Of a stretch of 21,312 bases of DNA, positions 18,320 to 21,312 are shown one piece after another (position 1 is the stretch's first letter; each line of letters begins with the position of its first letter). This DNA is from Planctomycetes bacterium RIFCSPLOWO2_12_FULL_50_35 (lineage in GTDB: Bacteria; Planctomycetota; Brocadiia; Brocadiales; Bathyanammoxibiaceae): contig MHZB01000050.1 of NCBI GenBank assembly GCA_001828605.1, positions 1 through 21,312 on the forward strand, in the 5' to 3' direction. The notes under the pieces were generated by a model that ran no database searches, was not told the DNA's origin, and saw nothing but the letters and a program-made list of their open reading frames with translations. A program made the translations under genes and the position numbers.

Positions 18320-19813
18320 ATGATACAGTGCAAGAACTACATAAACGGGCAATTCATAGGGTCTAGGGGTGGAACGCTGGAGAGAAGAAACCCTGCCAAT
18401 ACGCAGGAGGTAGTTGGCGTTATCAACCAGTCTGGTGAAGATGAAATAAATAATGCAGTTAGTGTGGCCCACAACGCCTTCCCCGCCTGGAGAGCCATTT
18501 CCCGTGTACGGAGAGGTGAATACCTTGACAGGTTGGTTCAAGTCCTGAAAAGGGAAACCGAGTCATTCTCCCGACTAGTTGCCAGGGAGATGGGCAAAAA
18601 CATAAACGAGGCTACCGCAGAGGTTACCGAAGGCATTCACATGGTACAGTACGTGGTCGGCACGGCGAGAACGCCGTTCGGCGACGTAGTGTCCTCCGAG
18701 ATAGCGGAAAAAGACTCCTTCATGAGGCGGAAACCCAAGGGTGTAGTGGCGGCAATCACCCCCTGGAACTTCCCGTTCGCCATACCGTTCTGGCTTATAG
18801 CGCCTTCTGTGGCAGAGGGGAATACCGTAGTCTTCAAGCCCTCTAAAGAGACGTCCTGTACCGCACAGAAGCTGGCGGAGTGCGTGCATGAGGTAGGCTT
18901 CCCGCCGGGTGTAATAAACTTTATCTACGGAAGCGGTGAGAAATGCGGTATGCCGCTGGTGCGCCACCCGGATATTCCCGTAGTCCTGTTTACCGGTTCT
19001 GCAGAGATAGGACAACAGATAAGAAAAGTCTGCGCAGAATTTCCTGATAAAATGTGCGCATGCGAGATGGGCGGCAAGAACGCCATCATCGTCCTGGATG
19101 ACGCCGACATGAACCTGGCCGTAAATGCCTCCGTCATAAGCGCCTACAAGACATCAGGACAGCGCTGTACGGCGGCAAGCCGTATCATAGTGCATAAAAA
19201 TCGCCTTAAAGAATTCGAAAAGAAGTTCGTTGAGATGTCAAAAAGAATACGCATTGGCGACCCTCTGGACCAGAACATGTTCACGGGACCGTTGATAAAC
19301 GAGACACAGATGAACAAGGTGTTAAACTACAACCAGCTCGCCAAAGACGAAGGCGCACGGGTGCTGCTCGACGGGGCTAGGCTGACTCAAGGTAAGTTGG
19401 CGAACGGCTACTTCCTTTCTCCATTTGTTTACAGGATGACGCACAATACTAAAAGCCGGGTGCTCAGGGAAGAGGTATTTGGTCCCCACGTAGCAATCAT
19501 CCCGGTAAAGGATCTGGAGCAGGCGATAGAAATCCACAACGACACCGATTACGGTCTCGTCTGTTCCGTCATCACGGAGGATTTCAGAAAGGCCAGGGAG
19601 GTGCGCGAGAGGTGCGATTACGGACTTGGCTATTGGAATCTTCCCACCATAGGGGCAGAGGTTCACCTGCCTTTCGGCGGGGTGAAGAAGAGCGGCACCG
19701 GAATGCCCTCGGCCAGTACGCTGATAGACGTAGTTACCCATCGCACGGCCTGGACGGTAAACTATTCCAAAGAAATCAAGATGGCACAGGGCATGAGGGT
19801 GGATATAAAATAG
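18320..19813 (+). CDS. NAD(P)-dependent aldehyde dehydrogenase family protein
   Basis: Catalytic Glu in 'CEMGGKNAIIV' and catalytic Cys in 'SGQRCTAASRIIV'. C-terminal 'EEVFGPHVAIIPV'. Substrate is not assignable from sequence alone. Confidence 0.9.
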   Translation: MIQCKNYINGQFIGSRGGTLERRNPANTQEVVGVINQSGEDEINNAVSVAHNAFPAWRAISRVRRGEYLDRLVQVLKRETESFSRLVAREMGKNINEATAEVTEGIHMVQYVVGTARTPFGDVVSSEIAEKDSFMRRKPKGVVAAITPWNFPFAIPFWLIAPSVAEGNTVVFKPSKETSCTAQKLAECVHEVGFPPGVINFIYGSGEKCGMPLVRHPDIPVVLFTGSAEIGQQIRKVCAEFPDKMCACEMGGKNAIIVLDDADMNLAVNASVISAYKTSGQRCTAASRIIVHKNRLKEFEKKFVEMSKRIRIGDPLDQNMFTGPLINETQMNKVLNYNQLAKDEGARVLLDGARLTQGKLANGYFLSPFVYRMTHNTKSRVLREEVFGPHVAIIPVKDLEQAIEIHNDTDYGLVCSVITEDFRKAREVRERCDYGLGYWNLPTIGAEVHLPFGGVKKSGTGMPSASTLIDVVTHRTAWTVNYSKEIKMAQGMRVDIK

Positions 19814-19836
19814 TCCTCATGTTAATCTAGCTCTAG

Positions 19837-19868
19837 GGGTGCCACAGGGCTTAAGCCCTGTGGCACCC
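19837..19868. repeat. 32-bp perfect palindrome GGGTGCCACAGGGCTT|AAGCCCTGTGGCACCC (REP-like; possible terminator of the aldehyde dehydrogenase gene)
   Basis: Perfect self-complementarity read directly from the sequence. It starts 24 nt after stop 19813. Its core CAGGGCT-NN-AGCCCTG recurs at 1604-1620 and 1647-1662. Confidence 0.7.
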
Positions 19869-19914
19869 GGTATAAAATAGCTTTTGTGATGCATCTCTTT
19901 TTAACTGCGGGTTA

Positions 19915-19970
19915 TGTAGTTGCCCCATTTATGGGGCTGTAATTTAAGCCTGATAAATCAGGCAACTACA
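19915..19970. repeat. GTAG...CTAC-bounded structured element (predicted three-way junction)
   Basis: TGTAGTT (19915-19921) pairs with AACTACA (19964-19970). Two internal hairpins: GCCCCA-TTTA-TGGGGC (19922-19937) and GCCTGAT-AA-ATCAGGC (19948-19963). Confidence 0.6.
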
Positions 19971-19981
19971 AAAAGTATTTT

Positions 19982-20037
19982 TGTAGGGACAGGGCTTGCC
20001 CCTGTCCGCGCGGACAGCCACGAGGGCTGTCCCTACA
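19982..20037. repeat. GTAG...CTAC-bounded double hairpin
   Basis: The outer 11-bp stem TGTAGGGACAG (19982-19992) / CTGTCCCTACA (20027-20037) competes with two local hairpins: GACAGGG-CTTGC-CCCTGTC and GGACAGCC-ACGAG-GGCTGTCC. Confidence 0.6.
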
Positions 20038-20058
20038 TTAAAAATTCAGTTTCTTTTC

Positions 20059-20158
20059 GTAGCGTCGGGCTTCGGCCGCGAGCTCAGCCGAACGGTCTCC
20101 GCACCCGACGGCGGTGCGACCGCTGCGAGCGGCGTCCGATGCGGAGATCGGACGCTAC
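20059..20158. repeat. 100-nt GTAG...CTAC-bounded composite hairpin element ending 21 nt upstream of the proC start
   Basis: GTAGCGTC (20059-20066) pairs with GACGCTAC (20151-20158). Internal stems: TTCGGC/GCCGAA, CGCACC/GGTGCG, CCGCT/AGCGG and CGTCCGAT/ATCGGACG. There is also a long-range TCTCCGCA/TGCGGAGA pairing. Confidence 0.55.
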
Positions 20159-20179
20159 AATATATCCGTGAGGTATAAT

Positions 20180-21007
20180 ATGCTTGACAAAGGTATCGGG
20201 ATAATAGGCGCAGGCAAGATGGGCGAGGCCCTCCTGAGGGGCATAATCAGGGCAGACCTTGCCAAGCCAAAAAAAATCTATATCTGCGACATCAACAAAA
20301 AGCGATGCGCCGACCTTGAAAAAGAACTAGGCGTTAAGACTGCCAAAAACAATAAGGAACTTGCAAAAAACGCATCACTAATCGTCCTGGCAGTGAAGCC
20401 TCCCGACGTGCCCGGCGCACTTGCGGAGATGTGCGATGAGATTAGACCGGATACACACCTCATCATATCCATAGCGGCGGGTGTTACCACTTCCACGCTT
20501 GAGTCCTGTCTTGCAAAGGGTTCCAGAATAATACGGGCGATGCCCAATGCCGCCTGTATGGTAGGTGAGGCGGCTACCTGCTATGTGGCAGGCAAAAACG
20601 CCACTGATAAGGACCTGGAAACCGCGGGTAAGATACTTGGTTCGGTAGGAAAGGCATTCCAGTTGGACGAGAAATATCTTGATGCCGTAACCGGCCTCAG
20701 CGGAAGCGGCCCCGCATATGCAGCTATGATTATCGAGGCGCTTGCCGACGGCGGGGTAAAGATGGGCCTCACCAGGGATACTGCCGTAAAGCTCGCCGCA
20801 CAGACCCTGATGGGCACTGCCAAGATGATTCTGGACGGTGGCTATAACACCGTTCAGATAAAAGAGATAGTAACGTCTCCGGGCGGAACAACCATAGAGG
20901 GGCTAGCCGCCCTGGAAAAGGGCGGACTGAGGGCAAGCCTGATACAGGCGGTCGAGGCCGCTACCCTGAAATCCAAGGCCCTGGGCGAAAAATCCACAAA
21001 GAAATAG
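20180..21007 (+). CDS. proC: Pyrroline-5-carboxylate reductase
   Basis: 'IGIIGAGKMGEALLRGI' NAD(P)-binding N-terminus, plus 'VTSPGGTTIEGLAALEKGGLRA' ProC signature. ATG 20180 is preceded by GAGGT with a 5-nt spacer. The ORF-track start 20114 lies inside the repeat element. Confidence 0.93.
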   Translation: MLDKGIGIIGAGKMGEALLRGIIRADLAKPKKIYICDINKKRCADLEKELGVKTAKNNKELAKNASLIVLAVKPPDVPGALAEMCDEIRPDTHLIISIAAGVTTSTLESCLAKGSRIIRAMPNAACMVGEAATCYVAGKNATDKDLETAGKILGSVGKAFQLDEKYLDAVTGLSGSGPAYAAMIIEALADGGVKMGLTRDTAVKLAAQTLMGTAKMILDGGYNTVQIKEIVTSPGGTTIEGLAALEKGGLRASLIQAVEAATLKSKALGEKSTKK

Positions 21008-21082
21008 TACAATCTCTGAGATGCCTTTACTTTATGCAAGTATAATCATACTACCACCTTCCGCACCATCTGCCGAACTGTA

Positions 21083-21109
21083 TTGACAAGCTTGCCCGCT
21101 TGATATAAA
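21083..21109 (+). promoter_or_regulatory. Candidate promoter for the aspartate kinase gene
   Basis: Perfect TTGACA (21083-21088), then TATAAA (21104-21109) after only 15 nt. The short spacer makes this a weak call. Confidence 0.25.
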
Positions 21110-21153
21110 CTTAATTTTTATCTTCATTTAGATACAACCACATAGAACGATAA

Positions 21154-21312
21154 ATGGGGCTTATTGTACAGAAATTTGGCGGTACTTCCGTAGCAGATGC
21201 CGGGAAGATCAAGGCTGCCGCCCAGAGGGTGGCGCAGTCCTTCAGAGAGGGCAATCAGGTGGTAGTTGTGGTATCTGCCCGCGGGCAGACCACGGACGAA
21301 CTCTTTGACCTC
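21154..21312 (+). CDS. lysC: Aspartate kinase, 5' partial (runs off the window)
   Basis: '[26 protein letters not shown]...[15 protein letters not shown]' is the canonical amino-acid-kinase N-terminus of aspartokinases. Confidence 0.9.
   Translation, partial: MGLIVQKFGGTSVADAGKIKAAAQRVAQSFREGNQVVVVVSARGQTTDELFDL

Noticed and set aside
19920-20178. ORF-track ORFs 19920-20171 and 19996-20178, and the 20114 start of the proC ORF
   Set aside because: They are read-through translations of the GC-rich hairpin repeats (Arg/Ala/Pro/Gly-rich, no RBS). proC has a canonical N-terminus and SD at 20180.
19814-20179. tRNA or other small RNA gene in the structured spacer
   Set aside because: No T-loop (GTTCRANYC) or D-loop signatures and no cloverleaf with correct arm lengths. 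The three-way junction at 19915-19970 is too short and lacks conserved tRNA positions.
21008-21153. Lysine riboswitch upstream of aspartate kinase
   Set aside because: The spacer is only 146 nt, AT-rich and without the multi-helix structure expected. The leader from the candidate promoter would be about 40 nt, which is too short.

Overview
Bacterial chromosomal window, about 50% GC by eye; the taxon cannot be determined without a database search. Most of it is housekeeping. There is a complete F1Fo ATP synthase operon (atpZ-atpI-atpB-E-F-H-A-G-D-C, 10392-17442, + strand). Other housekeeping genes are hemL, a PhoU-like gene, tsaB, an aldehyde dehydrogenase, proC and the 5' end of an aspartate kinase. 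Two parts are not ordinary. (1) A tightly packed minus-strand operon (1739-7916) encodes ACP, FabZ, a catalytic ketosynthase, a ketosynthase paralog with all three catalytic residues replaced (CLF-like), a CrtI/phytoene-desaturase-family flavoenzyme and a B12-binding radical SAM enzyme. This matches the gene content proposed, but never biochemically solved, for ladderane-type lipid synthesis in anammox Planctomycetes, and it is my top candidate for an undescribed system. (2) A low-GC islet (about 430-1590) carries a single-polypeptide MrcB_N(DUF3578)-HNH nuclease, a candidate modification-dependent (Type IV) restriction enzyme. An 18-bp perfect palindrome sits just upstream of its start codon. 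The long intergenic regions (141-420, 1591-1710, 19837-20158) are packed with different GC-rich hairpins, most starting with GTAG and several closing with CTAC, which resembles REP/BIME arrays. All family assignments come from motifs read in the supplied translations; no searches were run.
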